Source: Gemmatimonadota bacterium (GTDB taxonomy: Bacteria; Latescibacterota; UBA2968; UBA8231). From it: DNA of 64,000 nt. Both the position numbers and the translations under genes were made by a program. Of the stretch, positions 1 through 9,785 are shown in pieces. Each line of letters begins with the position of its first letter. The stretch's first letter is position 1. The notes beneath the pieces are model-generated. The model did not search any database. It was not told the origin of the DNA and was given only the letters and a program-made list of their open reading frames with translations. Where the stretch lies: the NCBI GenBank assembly GCA_038128265.1, contig JAYPJE010000015.1, forward strand, positions 1 through 64,000. Reading direction: 5' to 3'.

Positions 1-54
1 ATCGACACCTACCTACCGGAGAAATTGGAGAAGGCCAACCAGTTTTTGCCCTAA
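1..54 (+). CDS. 3' end of a truncated CDS (...IDTYLPEKLEKANQFLP*)
   Basis: Open frame from base 1 to TAA at 52-54, convergent with the next gene. Too short to identify. Confidence 0.4.
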   Translation: MDTYLPEKLEKANQFLP

Positions 55-74
55 GTATATCTCATGTATGGTGT

Positions 75-1040
75 CTAGCGAGATGCTTTCTCCCCATCTA
101 ATTGGGCAAGGTAGGCATCGAGCTCCGATCTGGGCATCGGCAGATCGGTTTTTGCGCCGAGCCACGCGCGAAAATCGCGTTCGAAGACGTCGGCATCAAC
201 GACAAACGCCTCGTTGACGTATTCGTATTTTTCGGTTTTGATGCAGAAGAAATTGTAGGCATCGCGCAGGGCAATATACTCACCCCGTATGACGACTTCT
301 TGCACCAGGTGAGGCGGTATAAAGGCCACGCCTGTAGGCTTGGCCAGGATAGCGTCGCCCGGCAGAACAGTTGCTCGTCCTATGCGTATGGGCGCGTTGA
401 TGGTCGCCACCATCATATCGCGAATGGCCGACGGGTCGGAGCCGCGAATCCAAAAGTTGAACCCGTCGATTTCCGACAGGCCTTCGACGTCGCGCACGGA
501 GCCATTAAATATCACGCCCCGCTTGCTCGCTGCATAGATGGCATTGCCCAAATTATCGCCGATGAGCGTGCCATCGACAATTTTCCCGTAGCTGTCAGCG
601 ATGTAAATATCGCCGTCCATGAGTTTGATAATGGGCGCGTAGTTAGTAACCGGCGTTTTGGTGCCTTCGCGCTCTGCCTGTTTCTGCACGTAGTTGTTGA
701 AGTCGGATCGCAGTGGCATGAACTGTGCCGTGAGGGCGCGCCCGGTCATCACCTGCTCCGGATGCAGTATTTCCCAACCATTTTGCTGGGTGCCAGCGAA
801 ATTTTCAAACTGATTGTTGTAGCCGTTGCGCCGCAGCGATCCCCAGACTTCTTCCATCGAAAGGCCTTTTAGGCGTTCGAGCAGCGCATCGGAGACCTTC
901 GGCCTACCGTCCGGCGTGCGCTCGCCAGACCATTCGGCTGTAAGATCAATAACGCTTTGCGCTGGCCAGGCTACGTGCTGAGCATGGGCGCCGATGGCCG
1001 ATACCATCAGAAAGGTAAGTGCGAGCAGTCCAATTTTCAT
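75..1040 (-). CDS. RraA/HMG-aldolase family protein with N-terminal signal peptide
   Basis: Motifs GRALTAQF, GDNLGNA, GSVRD and VLPGDAI. Start re-assigned to MKIGLLALTFLMVSAIGAHA, a signal peptide with an AxA site. Confidence 0.8.
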   Translation of the reverse strand: MKIGLLALTFLMVSAIGAHAQHVAWPAQSVIDLTAEWSGERTPDGRPKVSDALLERLKGLSMEEVWGSLRRNGYNNQFENFAGTQQNGWEILHPEQVMTGRALTAQFMPLRSDFNNYVQKQAEREGTKTPVTNYAPIIKLMDGDIYIADSYGKIVDGTLIGDNLGNAIYAASKRGVIFNGSVRDVEGLSEIDGFNFWIRGSDPSAIRDMMVATINAPIRIGRATVLPGDAILAKPTGVAFIPPHLVQEVVIRGEYIALRDAYNFFCIKTEKYEYVNEAFVVDADVFERDFRAWLGAKTDLPMPRSELDAYLAQLDGEKASR

Positions 1041-1221
1041 TGCATTGAGCTCCGGCGAGTCGAGATGAGAGGCGAATGGGTAACTGCTTGTGGCAGGGCA
1101 ATGTATTAATATCTGGGCGGTGTAACCAGAGAAAAGTGCGCTGTCTTGCCCCCGTTTGACGCGGCGTGCGACCCTGTCTTTTTTACTAGATGAGACGCGA
1201 CTGCGCGGGAGTTTACCGAAT

Positions 1222-2511
1222 ATGTCTGTAGAACATCGCACTGCAATCGTCGTTGGCGGCGGACCGGCTGGCCTGCCGCTGGCTGCCGTACTGGGAGGTT
1301 GGTACCCCTTTTTTCGTCCGGGAACGACGTTTTCTCGCCGCTATGCCCCCTTGGCTGACCATCTGCAGCAGGTGCGCGGATCGCTGCTGGGCCTCGATTT
1401 TAGGGACTTGGTTGCGCGCGGTATCGCGCCGGTGGACCTGTTTCGCGCACTGCACCACCCGCGTAAGCTGTTCGAAGACCTCGACCAGGTGGCGATGGAG
1501 TTTCGCCGCGCTGAGGGTGTCGACGTGCTGCTTCTAACGCGCGAAGAGGTAGGCGGTCTGTGGAACAATGCGCCGCGCAACCTGCTGACGCTGTCGCCGG
1601 GGCAGTGGATGGAGTTCGCTTTTTATCCGCTTGCCCAGCACGCTGAAGAAGTTGGTCTCGATATCGACGTCAACGCCCTGATAAAGAAAACGGACCTAAT
1701 CGACTACTACCACCGCGTGCCGTCGCGCTTTGCCGTTGAAGATCGCGTCCGCACCTGGCAGGATGTCTACGAGATTTCGCCGCACGAAAAGGGGTTTGCG
1801 GTGCGCGCGCGCGATGTGCGCACGGGCGATGAGAGTGCCTATACGTGCAAGTACGTGGTCTATGCGACGGGGCAGCGCGCCAAACTGCGCCAGCTCGAAG
1901 TGGAGGGCGAGGACCTGCCCTTTGTCACGCCGTTCTACGACAAGCCCGACGATTTTTCCGGCGAGCGCGTGATGGTCGTTGGTGGAGGGCGTTCGGGCGA
2001 TTGGGCGGCCACGGAGCTGCACGACGCCGGCAAGCAGGTCTACTATAGCATGCGCCAGGGGGACGGCGTGCACTGGCAGTTGATCAACGATAGCCTCTAC
2101 CTGCCCTATTATCAGCGCATTGCCGATATCCTACGCGATGATTCGCCGCGCTTGCAAGCGCTCTACGGTACGCATATTGATCGTATTGAAGCCAGCGGTG
2201 CCGTATTGCTACACGGACCGGCCGGATCGCATACAGTGGAAGTTGATCACGTCGTCAAAGAGATCGGCGGCTGGGCCGACTACTCGCTGTTACAGCGTTT
2301 TGGCCCGCTCTCGCTGTTTGACAAGCGCGATGCCTACCGCTTTCAGGTTCACCAGTTGCAGACCCATGCGCACAACTACGAGTCCGTCGATATTCCCAAT
2401 CTATACGCCGGGGGCTATCTGGCACAGGACATCGGGCTGGTCGTGATGGCCATGCACGGTACGACCTATGCCATAGCTGGTGATATCCTGCAGAAAGAGG
2501 GGATACTGTAG
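1222..2511 (+). CDS. FAD/NAD(P)-dependent oxidoreductase (flavin monooxygenase-like; resembles OSGIN family)
   Basis: Two Rossmann motifs (VVGGGPAG and VVGGGRSG), YATG, and C-terminal NLYAGG. Start at MSVEHR. Confidence 0.8.
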   Translation: MSVEHRTAIVVGGGPAGLPLAAVLGGWYPFFRPGTTFSRRYAPLADHLQQVRGSLLGLDFRDLVARGIAPVDLFRALHHPRKLFEDLDQVAMEFRRAEGVDVLLLTREEVGGLWNNAPRNLLTLSPGQWMEFAFYPLAQHAEEVGLDIDVNALIKKTDLIDYYHRVPSRFAVEDRVRTWQDVYEISPHEKGFAVRARDVRTGDESAYTCKYVVYATGQRAKLRQLEVEGEDLPFVTPFYDKPDDFSGERVMVVGGGRSGDWAATELHDAGKQVYYSMRQGDGVHWQLINDSLYLPYYQRIADILRDDSPRLQALYGTHIDRIEASGAVLLHGPAGSHTVEVDHVVKEIGGWADYSLLQRFGPLSLFDKRDAYRFQVHQLQTHAHNYESVDIPNLYAGGYLAQDIGLVVMAMHGTTYAIAGDILQKEGIL

Positions 2512-2548
2512 GTGCGGTGGGGCTAATCTACGGTCGGCAATGGGCATG

Positions 2549-2585
2549 CAAAAGGCCGCTACCCATACAGCGTAGCGGCCTTTTG
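2549..2585. terminator. Bidirectional intrinsic terminator
   Basis: Perfect inverted repeat CAAAAGGCCGCTAC...GTAGCGGCCTTTTG between convergent genes. Confidence 0.8.
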
Positions 2586-2609
2586 TATTGCCGTGCGCAC
2601 AGCCTGCCG

Positions 2610-3599
2610 CTAGCGGGTCTGCGTCTCTACTAGCAGCTTGAGCGCATCCAAGTCGATCTCGGCATCGCCGGGAAATTCATAGGGTAACAGCCACCAATCC
2701 TCGGTAAATGAGGCGCTTTTCCCTGGCGCTATCTGCTCGCGTGGGCCGATGGGTTCCAGCTCGGTCATCTGGTCTTTATAATACCAGATGGATATGGTCA
2801 AGCCGGCCATCTCTCTGTAGGGTCGATCCGGGTAGGTCGGATAGCGTTTGACCCACAGCAGGTCGTTGCGTTCGGCATAGGCAAACCAGCCAACCATCGA
2901 ATCCATGCCCAATTTGGGGCGCTGGGGCGTGTCGAGGACTTCGATAAAGCCGTCGCGGATGCGGATATTCGGGTCTTCGGGGCGATAGTTCATGACCGGT
3001 CCGGGTCCGTACATGATGTAGTGATCGGGAAAGCGGCTCTCGGCCGACAGCGGGATCAGCACAATGCCGCCGCCGGTGCCAAAGGTGCGGCTCCAATGCG
3101 CCCAATGCTTTTCGCTGTCTGAAATGTTTTTAATCGTCTGCGTTACGCGCAGGTGCGTGCCATACTCATCTAGTTCAAAGTCGCGAATGAGCTGCACGCC
3201 GGTCGCCTCGTCTTCGACGCTGACCAAACGCGCCGCGCGCGGGCCGGTGATCTGGCCCGTCCACAGGCCGAACCACAGGTCGGGGTGCGGGGGAATGGTG
3301 GTTTCGGGGCCGATGTCGAGGCGCCCGCCCGTTGGGTCGACCGTCGGTTCGCCGGGTTTGTAGACCCAACCCTCCTGCGCCGGGTCGAGGTAAATGGCGT
3401 TGTTGCCCTTCAGAGAGTATTCGAGGATGCGTCCGCCGTGTTCGGTGAGCACGGCGCGTGCGTTTTCGTTTTCTAGGACAATGCAGCGGTCGTAGCCAAA
3501 GTAGGAAGCGGTATGGGCACCGGGCATTTGTGCGTGTGCTCCTGTCAGAGAGATGGAGATGGTGCTGGCGATCAAAACGAATATTCGAATGATGTGCAT
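2610..3599 (-). CDS. Secreted hypothetical protein (DUF4380/aldose-epimerase-like beta-sandwich)
   Basis: Signal peptide ending AHA. Motifs GGRILEY, GGRLDIGPE, HWSRT and ELEPIGP. GGAGAG RBS upstream. Confidence 0.6.
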   Translation of the reverse strand: MHIIRIFVLIASTISISLTGAHAQMPGAHTASYFGYDRCIVLENENARAVLTEHGGRILEYSLKGNNAIYLDPAQEGWVYKPGEPTVDPTGGRLDIGPETTIPPHPDLWFGLWTGQITGPRAARLVSVEDEATGVQLIRDFELDEYGTHLRVTQTIKNISDSEKHWAHWSRTFGTGGGIVLIPLSAESRFPDHYIMYGPGPVMNYRPEDPNIRIRDGFIEVLDTPQRPKLGMDSMVGWFAYAERNDLLWVKRYPTYPDRPYREMAGLTISIWYYKDQMTELEPIGPREQIAPGKSASFTEDWWLLPYEFPGDAEIDLDALKLLVETQTR

Positions 3600-3872
3600 A
3601 GTCGCGCTCTCCTGTGATAGGGGGGAGTGACAAATATAGTTCGCTCACATAAGCGGGTAAATAGGGGTATATATCACGTCATTAGGGGTAGTTGGGACTT
3701 GGGGCGTCATTTTATGGATAATAGAGTCGTAGAACGAGATGGAATTTGTTCATAAATAGATATTTCTTTGACCGAATAGGCGCAATGGGGTCGATTGTAA
3801 AGACTATATTGGGCAAATAATGTCGTCCTTCTACTGCGAATGATCGAAAGAAATATCCTATTCTATCGATCC

Positions 3873-3914
3873 GGGGGGGGGGAATATTGACAACATGCAT
3901 AGGTTTGATAATTT
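3873..3914 (+). promoter_or_regulatory. Sigma70-type promoter with adjacent G10 homopolymer
   Basis: G10 at 3873-3882, TTGACA at 3887-3892, 16-nt spacer, then TG-n-TAATTT (3906-3914), within an AT-rich intergenic region. Confidence 0.5.
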
Positions 3915-3966
3915 AAAAACAGATAAAATTGATCGGACTAAACAAAAATCGGAGATCAGAGGCCCT

Positions 3967-4653
3967 ATGCGTTTTAACAAAGCGTTTCTCTTCTATTGTA
4001 CACTCGTTGCGGCCAGCGTCGCTCTACCTAAAGATGCACGGGCAGGAGGCGAACTGACGTACTATTTTGATTCGCGTTCCTACAACACCCTTAACGTACT
4101 AACGAGTGTGTCTGATCTACCGTGGAACATGAATATCTGGGGATTTACCGACTTTCACGGCGTGCAAAAGGCCGCCGGCGAACGCTTTGATCTGACGCGC
4201 TACTTTATGGAATACCGACTGCGGCGCGGTATTGATCCGAACTGGATCGCAGGGCTGAACGGAGTGGGCGTTGAGGTCGAGTATAACGAAGGCAGCGGCA
4301 GCGCTAACAACATGCTGCGCTTCGGCGTCAATTACAAGCACGGCCTGCAGCGCGTTGGTCTGAAAGGCGGCTGGCTGCAGTGGCGGCTGTTCCCCTACGA
4401 GACCGACGGGAGCGGCCAGCAGTTTAGCGTAGTGCACTTTTTGCCGTTGGCTCCCAAGGTGAGCGTGGCGGGGTTTGCCGACCTAAATATCAATAAGGGC
4501 GCGTCGCACCGCTGGGTGGTGGAGTCGCAGCTCACCTATCGCGTTCACGAAGTTGTTGGTCTGGTACTGGAAGTGCGCTACAACGGCTTTGAAGATAAAA
4601 ACCCCGCGCTGGATGGAATCGGCATCGCCGGCGGTTTGAGCGCAAGGCTATAG
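3967..4653 (+). CDS. Probable outer-membrane beta-barrel/channel protein
   Basis: Signal peptide ending ARA, alternating amphipathic beta-strand pattern rich in aromatics (NIWGFTDF, YFMEYRL, SVAGFADLN), and a terminal strand GLSARL. Confidence 0.6.
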   Translation: MRFNKAFLFYCTLVAASVALPKDARAGGELTYYFDSRSYNTLNVLTSVSDLPWNMNIWGFTDFHGVQKAAGERFDLTRYFMEYRLRRGIDPNWIAGLNGVGVEVEYNEGSGSANNMLRFGVNYKHGLQRVGLKGGWLQWRLFPYETDGSGQQFSVVHFLPLAPKVSVAGFADLNINKGASHRWVVESQLTYRVHEVVGLVLEVRYNGFEDKNPALDGIGIAGGLSARL

Positions 4654-4660
4654 GTGCACG

Positions 4661-5878
4661 ATGAAGAGTTTGTTGACACTGTATGCAGCAGCTCTGTGCG
4701 CGTTTGTTTCTTCTGCTTGGGGTGAGCAAAATCCCTATCGCATTTACATTGACGCTGATTTTAGCACGACGAAAGCGTCGGCGATCTCTATTGAGCAGGG
4801 CCTGACAACGGCGCTGAGCGAAGCCGACTACAAGCTGTCGGGAATCAAGGTCGAAGTCGTGCGCAAGGACCATCGGGGTTCGGCACCGCGTTCGAAGCGC
4901 CACCTAGACGAATACCTGCAAGACGATCAGGCGTTGGTTGTATTCTCTGGGCTGCATTCACCCCCGCTGCTGGCGCACCGAGACTTTATCAACGAGCAGG
5001 GCATTTTGGTGCTCGACCCGTGGGCAGCCGCTGGTCCGATCACGCGCTATGCTGGCGGCAAGAACTGGATATTTCGCCTGTCCGTTGACGATAGCAAAGC
5101 GGGGCGTGTTATCGTGCGATACGCAACCGAGACGCGCGGCTTCAAGAAACCCTACCTGCTGCTAGAGGAGACGGGCTGGGGAAAGTCCAACGAGCGGACG
5201 ATGGGGGCGGCTCTGGAGGCTCTGGGCATAGAGCCGGCAGGCTTGAGCTGGTTTAACTGGGACCTGAGCGATTTGCACGGGCGCGAGCTTATGCGCACCA
5301 TTGAAAATTCGGGAGCCGATGTGATTTTGTTGGTAGCCAATGCGCCCGAAGCTAAGGTCTTGATAAGCGCAATGGAAGCGTTGGATATGCAAATTCCGGT
5401 GTGCAGTCACTGGGGTATAACGGGCGGCAATTTTTTCGACTCGATAAAACGTCGCAAATACGAATTGGATCTTTCCTTTATTCAGACGCGCTTCTCATTT
5501 ATCGGGATTAAAGAGGGGATGCGCGGCTACGGCGTGCTGCAGCAGGCACGCAAACTCTACCCCGAAATAATCCAAGACCCCGCTGATATCGAAGCGCCAA
5601 CGGGCTTTGTGCATGCCTATGATCTTGGCAAACTGCTCGTTCGCGCGGCTCAACAAGCGGGTTTAACGGGGGACGTAGCTCAGGATCGAGTGGCCCTGCA
5701 CCGGGCGCTGGAGAATCTCGGTGGCAGCGTAGATGGCCTCATAAAGACATACGAGCGTCCTTTCGCCCCGTTTGAAGAGGGTAACCCCGATGCGCACGAA
5801 GCGCTGGGTGAGGCCGATTTTGTCATGGGACGGTATGGTGAGAACGGTGCAGTTATCCTGCAAAGTATGGAAAAATAG
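4661..5878 (+). CDS. Periplasmic substrate-binding protein, LivK/LivJ (type I) family
   Basis: Signal peptide and motifs VFSGLHSP, WIFRLSVDD, EETGWG and HAYD, typical of branched-chain amino-acid-binding proteins. Confidence 0.85.
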   Translation: MKSLLTLYAAALCAFVSSAWGEQNPYRIYIDADFSTTKASAISIEQGLTTALSEADYKLSGIKVEVVRKDHRGSAPRSKRHLDEYLQDDQALVVFSGLHSPPLLAHRDFINEQGILVLDPWAAAGPITRYAGGKNWIFRLSVDDSKAGRVIVRYATETRGFKKPYLLLEETGWGKSNERTMGAALEALGIEPAGLSWFNWDLSDLHGRELMRTIENSGADVILLVANAPEAKVLISAMEALDMQIPVCSHWGITGGNFFDSIKRRKYELDLSFIQTRFSFIGIKEGMRGYGVLQQARKLYPEIIQDPADIEAPTGFVHAYDLGKLLVRAAQQAGLTGDVAQDRVALHRALENLGGSVDGLIKTYERPFAPFEEGNPDAHEALGEADFVMGRYGENGAVILQSMEK

Positions 5879-8773
5879 ATGGCTGAGGTAGAGCAAATAC
5901 CCAGGACGGGTTCGAACAATCCCATGGATGAGCTGAGCGCGCGGCAGCTCATCGTGCCCCTGCTTGTGACGCTGCTTGTCACCGGCGTGGTATTTGCTCT
6001 GTGGGCCGCTAATAACCTTGGTGAAAAGTTTGAACGACAGTATGAGAATCACATCGATGGCGAATTGGAGATCATCCAAGGCCTAGTGGTACAAGCTGAA
6101 AGGCATCATACGCTCGCGCTGCAGGATATTGCCAACATACCCTTAATACGGCAGGCGGTAATGCAGCCTACAGCCAGTATGGCGCGCGTGGCCGACCTGT
6201 TGGATAATACGTCCCTGTTGGGAGACACGCATACTCTCATTTTATTCGATTTTTCGGGCGTGCCGATATTTTCTACGGTTTCAGATGGTGACTATAGCGA
6301 CGATGCGAGCGTCGGTTCTGTGGTTGATGGTGAGGAGGATGTCGTTTTTGAACTGCGCTGGTCCGAGGAGCGGGCCCATTGGTTTCTGTGCGTGCCCGTG
6401 CGGGTGAATGGACTGGTCGAGGGGGCTATTGCTGCGGAGATAGCGTTTTCTGACCTGCTGAGAAGGGACAAATCATTAGAGGAACATTACGTAGCAGCGG
6501 ATCACTACGTAGAGTTTGTGCGCGCTGGAAAGACGGCCCCTTTCTCCAGCATTGGTCATGACGAACCATCGCATAAAGAGACTGTAGGCCAAATAGAGGT
6601 TGTGTCGCGGATGTGGCCGCGCTTTGGGCTCGAACTGCGTTTTTTTCACGATCGCGATGATGTCTTAGTTGAGGAGCGCCGCTTTGCAGTGGATACGGCG
6701 TTGGCCTTTCTCTTTATTGGCTTGATTACTCTCGCGTTGGCTCATCGGTTGAGCCAGCGCTTTGCCAGTCGCCTTATTGAAGAGCGCAATGCAACGGCTG
6801 CACTGTACGAGCAGGTACAGAAAGCCAATGAAGAGTTGGAAGAAGCGCGAGATGAGGCGGAAACGGCCAATCGCTACAAAAGCGAGTTTTTGGCCAATAT
6901 GAGCCACGAGATTCGCACGCCCATGAATGCGATTCTCGGTATGACGGAACTGCTGCTCGACACGCCGATGCAGGAGAACCAGCGCACTGATTTACAGGTG
7001 GTTAGACAGTCCGCCCGATCTCTGTTGGATATTCTCAACGACATACTTGATTTGAGCAAGATTGAAGCCGGCAAAATGTCGTTGGAACGCGTAGAGTTTA
7101 ACTTGAGAGAAATTTTGCAGGATCTCAGTCAGATCTTCTCCGTGCGCGCGGAGGCACAAGGGTTGCAATTCGAAGTCGACGTGGCACCGAACGTGCCTGA
7201 ACGCTTTATTGGCGATCCGACACGCATGCGCCAAATTATCACCAACCTATTGGGTAATGCCATAAAGTTCACCGAGCAAGGAAGCGTGTATGTGCGCATC
7301 GAATGCACCAGTGTCGTAGATCAACTCGCCGAACTGCGCGTGCTCGTGCGGGATACGGGCGTAGGCATTGCCGAGGACAAGCAGCGGGAAATTTTTAGAG
7401 CATTTACCCAAGCCGATGGGTCGGTAACCAGACAATATGGCGGCACGGGATTGGGCTTGAGTATATCGCAGCAGCTCGTCTCCATGATGGGGGGAGATAT
7501 ATCGCTGCAAAGCGTCGAAGGGCAGGGTAGCACGTTTTCGTTCAATGCATTTATCCGCGTAGCGGACGCCGCCGGCGACCCGGTCGACAAGTCCGCACCC
7601 ATCGTTCCAACCGTCGTTCGGCCGATCCCCGATCGCGGTGATACACCATCGGGGCGCATACTGCTGGTGGAGGACAACCTCTTCAACCAAGTCGTGACAA
7701 CGGGTTTGCTCAAAAAACACGGCTATGTCACAGAGGTTGCCAATAACGGGCAGGAGGGGCTGGATATGCTCGTCCAAGGGGATTTTGATTGCGTGCTCAT
7801 GGATATTCAGATGGCGGTCATGGATGGAGTAGAGGCCACTCATGCGATTCGCCGGCGAGAAGAAGTGCGCGGTGGGCACATCCCGATTGTCGGCCTATCA
7901 GCACATGCCATGGCGGGCGATCGCGAGCGCTATATGGCCGAGGGCATGGACGGTTATGCGACCAAGCCCGTTGAAGTAGAAGACCTAGTTAGAGAAATAG
8001 AGAGAGTTTTGGGCAGGTCTGCTGAACCTGGCGATAGTGTGCAGGAGCAGCGGGTAAATATAGAGGCGGTGCTGGAGACTATAGGTGGTGACCAAGCGCT
8101 TCTGAACCAACTGGTAGAGGCTTATCTGGCTTCGCAGGGCCAGTATCGAACGGATGTAGAGGCCGCTATACAGCAGCAGGATGCCGAGGCGCTTCTCGGA
8201 GTGCTTGGGTCTCTAAGGTCGACCATGCAGTCGCTGGCGCTCGCTCAGAGCTTAGACCACCTCGACGCGTTAGAAGCAATGTGCGATGCGGGAGACCTCG
8301 CCGGTGCATCTGCTCGATGGAAATTGCTCGATGCGGATATGGAATTGGATGCGGCCGCTTTGCGCGATATCACAGCGTCCACCTCTAGCAGCAGCGTGAG
8401 CGAGGCACCGAGTCCTGCGCAGGAAAATGCTTCCGCTCAGGCTGTCGTGGATTCCATTCTGGGTTTGGTTGGTGGGGATCGCCAGATGTTTGCCCAACTC
8501 GTCGAGGCCTTTCTCAACTCCTACGAGCGCAACCTAAACAGCTTGGAGAGAGCCGTTGAAGAAAGCGATGGTGCGGCTCTAGTCGAGGCGACCTATGTGC
8601 TTAAGACGTCGCTGGCCATGCTGCAACTCGAACAGGTTGGTCGTCATATTGAGGCGTTGGAGTCCATGGGAAAGGAAGGCGTCATGGACAATGCGCGCCA
8701 AGAAGTAGAGCAGTTAGCCAGCGAGTTAAAATACTATGCTGATGCGCTAAAAGCGGCTTCTTCCATAGCGTAG
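5879..8773 (+). CDS. Hybrid sensor histidine kinase (2 TM, periplasmic sensor, HisKA, HATPase, REC, two HPt-like domains)
   Basis: H-box [15 protein letters not shown]-box [22 protein letters not shown], and receiver motifs LLVEDN...MDIQM...KP. Confidence 0.95.
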   Translation: MAEVEQIPRTGSNNPMDELSARQLIVPLLVTLLVTGVVFALWAANNLGEKFERQYENHIDGELEIIQGLVVQAERHHTLALQDIANIPLIRQAVMQPTASMARVADLLDNTSLLGDTHTLILFDFSGVPIFSTVSDGDYSDDASVGSVVDGEEDVVFELRWSEERAHWFLCVPVRVNGLVEGAIAAEIAFSDLLRRDKSLEEHYVAADHYVEFVRAGKTAPFSSIGHDEPSHKETVGQIEVVSRMWPRFGLELRFFHDRDDVLVEERRFAVDTALAFLFIGLITLALAHRLSQRFASRLIEERNATAALYEQVQKANEELEEARDEAETANRYKSEFLANMSHEIRTPMNAILGMTELLLDTPMQENQRTDLQVVRQSARSLLDILNDILDLSKIEAGKMSLERVEFNLREILQDLSQIFSVRAEAQGLQFEVDVAPNVPERFIGDPTRMRQIITNLLGNAIKFTEQGSVYVRIECTSVVDQLAELRVLVRDTGVGIAEDKQREIFRAFTQADGSVTRQYGGTGLGLSISQQLVSMMGGDISLQSVEGQGSTFSFNAFIRVADAAGDPVDKSAPIVPTVVRPIPDRGDTPSGRILLVEDNLFNQVVTTGLLKKHGYVTEVANNGQEGLDMLVQGDFDCVLMDIQMAVMDGVEATHAIRRREEVRGGHIPIVGLSAHAMAGDRERYMAEGMDGYATKPVEVEDLVREIERVLGRSAEPGDSVQEQRVNIEAVLETIGGDQALLNQLVEAYLASQGQYRTDVEAAIQQQDAEALLGVLGSLRSTMQSLALAQSLDHLDALEAMCDAGDLAGASARWKLLDADMELDAAALRDITASTSSSSVSEAPSPAQENASAQAVVDSILGLVGGDRQMFAQLVEAFLNSYERNLNSLERAVEESDGAALVEATYVLKTSLAMLQLEQVGRHIEALESMGKEGVMDNARQEVEQLASELKYYADALKAASSIA

Positions 8774-8792
8774 TGCGTCGCGGCAGGATGTG

Positions 8793-9785
8793 CTATCTAT
8801 TCACGTCCACTACGACCCGTCCCCTAATATTTCCCTGCAAAATATGCCTGCCCAGTTGCGGCAGCTCTCCTAGCGTCGCCTCGCTTGCGATGGTGTCTAT
8901 CAGCGCGTGCGGTATGGTCTCTGCCAACTGCTTCCAAGCAGCACTGCGCCCGCTGTTTGCATAGAATACGGAGTCGATGCCGAGCAGGCTGATCCCGCGC
9001 AGCAGAAACGGTATGACGGAGGTCTCTAGGGTAGCGCCTCCGGCCAAGCCAATGGCGGCTACTGCCCCTCCCGGCTGTACTTGCCCGAGCACGCGTGCTA
9101 GGACGGAGCCCCCAACTGAGTCGATGCAGGCGGTCCAGCGCCCGCTCTCCAGCGGTTTGCCCGACGGCTTTTCTAACTGTGCGCGCGGCAGAATGGCGCT
9201 GGCGCCCAGGTGCATTAGGTAGTCGGCGTTTTCGCTGCGTCCCGTGCTGGCAACCACCGCATAGCCCAGCGCAGCCAGCAGCGCGACCGCCATAGAACCG
9301 ACCCCACCCGATGCACCGGTGACTAGCACCTCGCCGCGTTCTGGTCGCAGGCCGTGGCTTTCGAGCGTGCGCAGTGCAATGGCCGCCGTCAAGCCGGCAG
9401 AACCGATGGCCATGGCTCGTTTGGGACTGAGACCCGGTGGGAGCGGTACCAGCCAGTCGCCGCGGACGCGCACCTGCTGCGCATAGCCGCCCCAGTGCAC
9501 TTCGCCGACGCGGAAACCGGTGCCAATCACCCGATCTCCCTCTGCAAAGTCCGTATGTGTGCTGCGCAGTACGACGCCTGTGTAGTCAATACCGGGTACG
9601 TGTGGGTAGGTCTTGACCAGACTGCCTAAGCCGTTTAAGACCAATCCATCCTTGTAGTTTAACGACGAGTGAGAAACGGCCACAGTGACGTCGCCTTCGG
9701 GCAGGTGCTCCGTTGGCACCTCGCGTATGTTGGCAACCAGGTTGTCACCTGCTCGATCGACTACCAATGCGCGAAACGAGTCCAC
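8793..9785 (-). CDS. acuI: YhdH/AcuI-family MDR oxidoreductase (putative acryloyl-CoA reductase)
   Basis: Motifs SSLNYKD, VPGID, VLVTGASGGVGS and PFLLRGISLLGIDSV. Confidence 0.85.
   Translation of the reverse strand: MDSFRALVVDRAGDNLVANIREVPTEHLPEGDVTVAVSHSSLNYKDGLVLNGLGSLVKTYPHVPGIDYTGVVLRSTHTDFAEGDRVIGTGFRVGEVHWGGYAQQVRVRGDWLVPLPPGLSPKRAMAIGSAGLTAAIALRTLESHGLRPERGEVLVTGASGGVGSMAVALLAALGYAVVASTGRSENADYLMHLGASAILPRAQLEKPSGKPLESGRWTACIDSVGGSVLARVLGQVQPGGAVAAIGLAGGATLETSVIPFLLRGISLLGIDSVFYANSGRSAAWKQLAETIPHALIDTIASEATLGELPQLGRHILQGNIRGRVVVDVNR

Noticed and set aside
3600..8773. Possible genomic island because of lower apparent GC
   Set aside because: No integrase, transposase, tRNA or flanking direct repeats were seen, so it is not called a mobile element.
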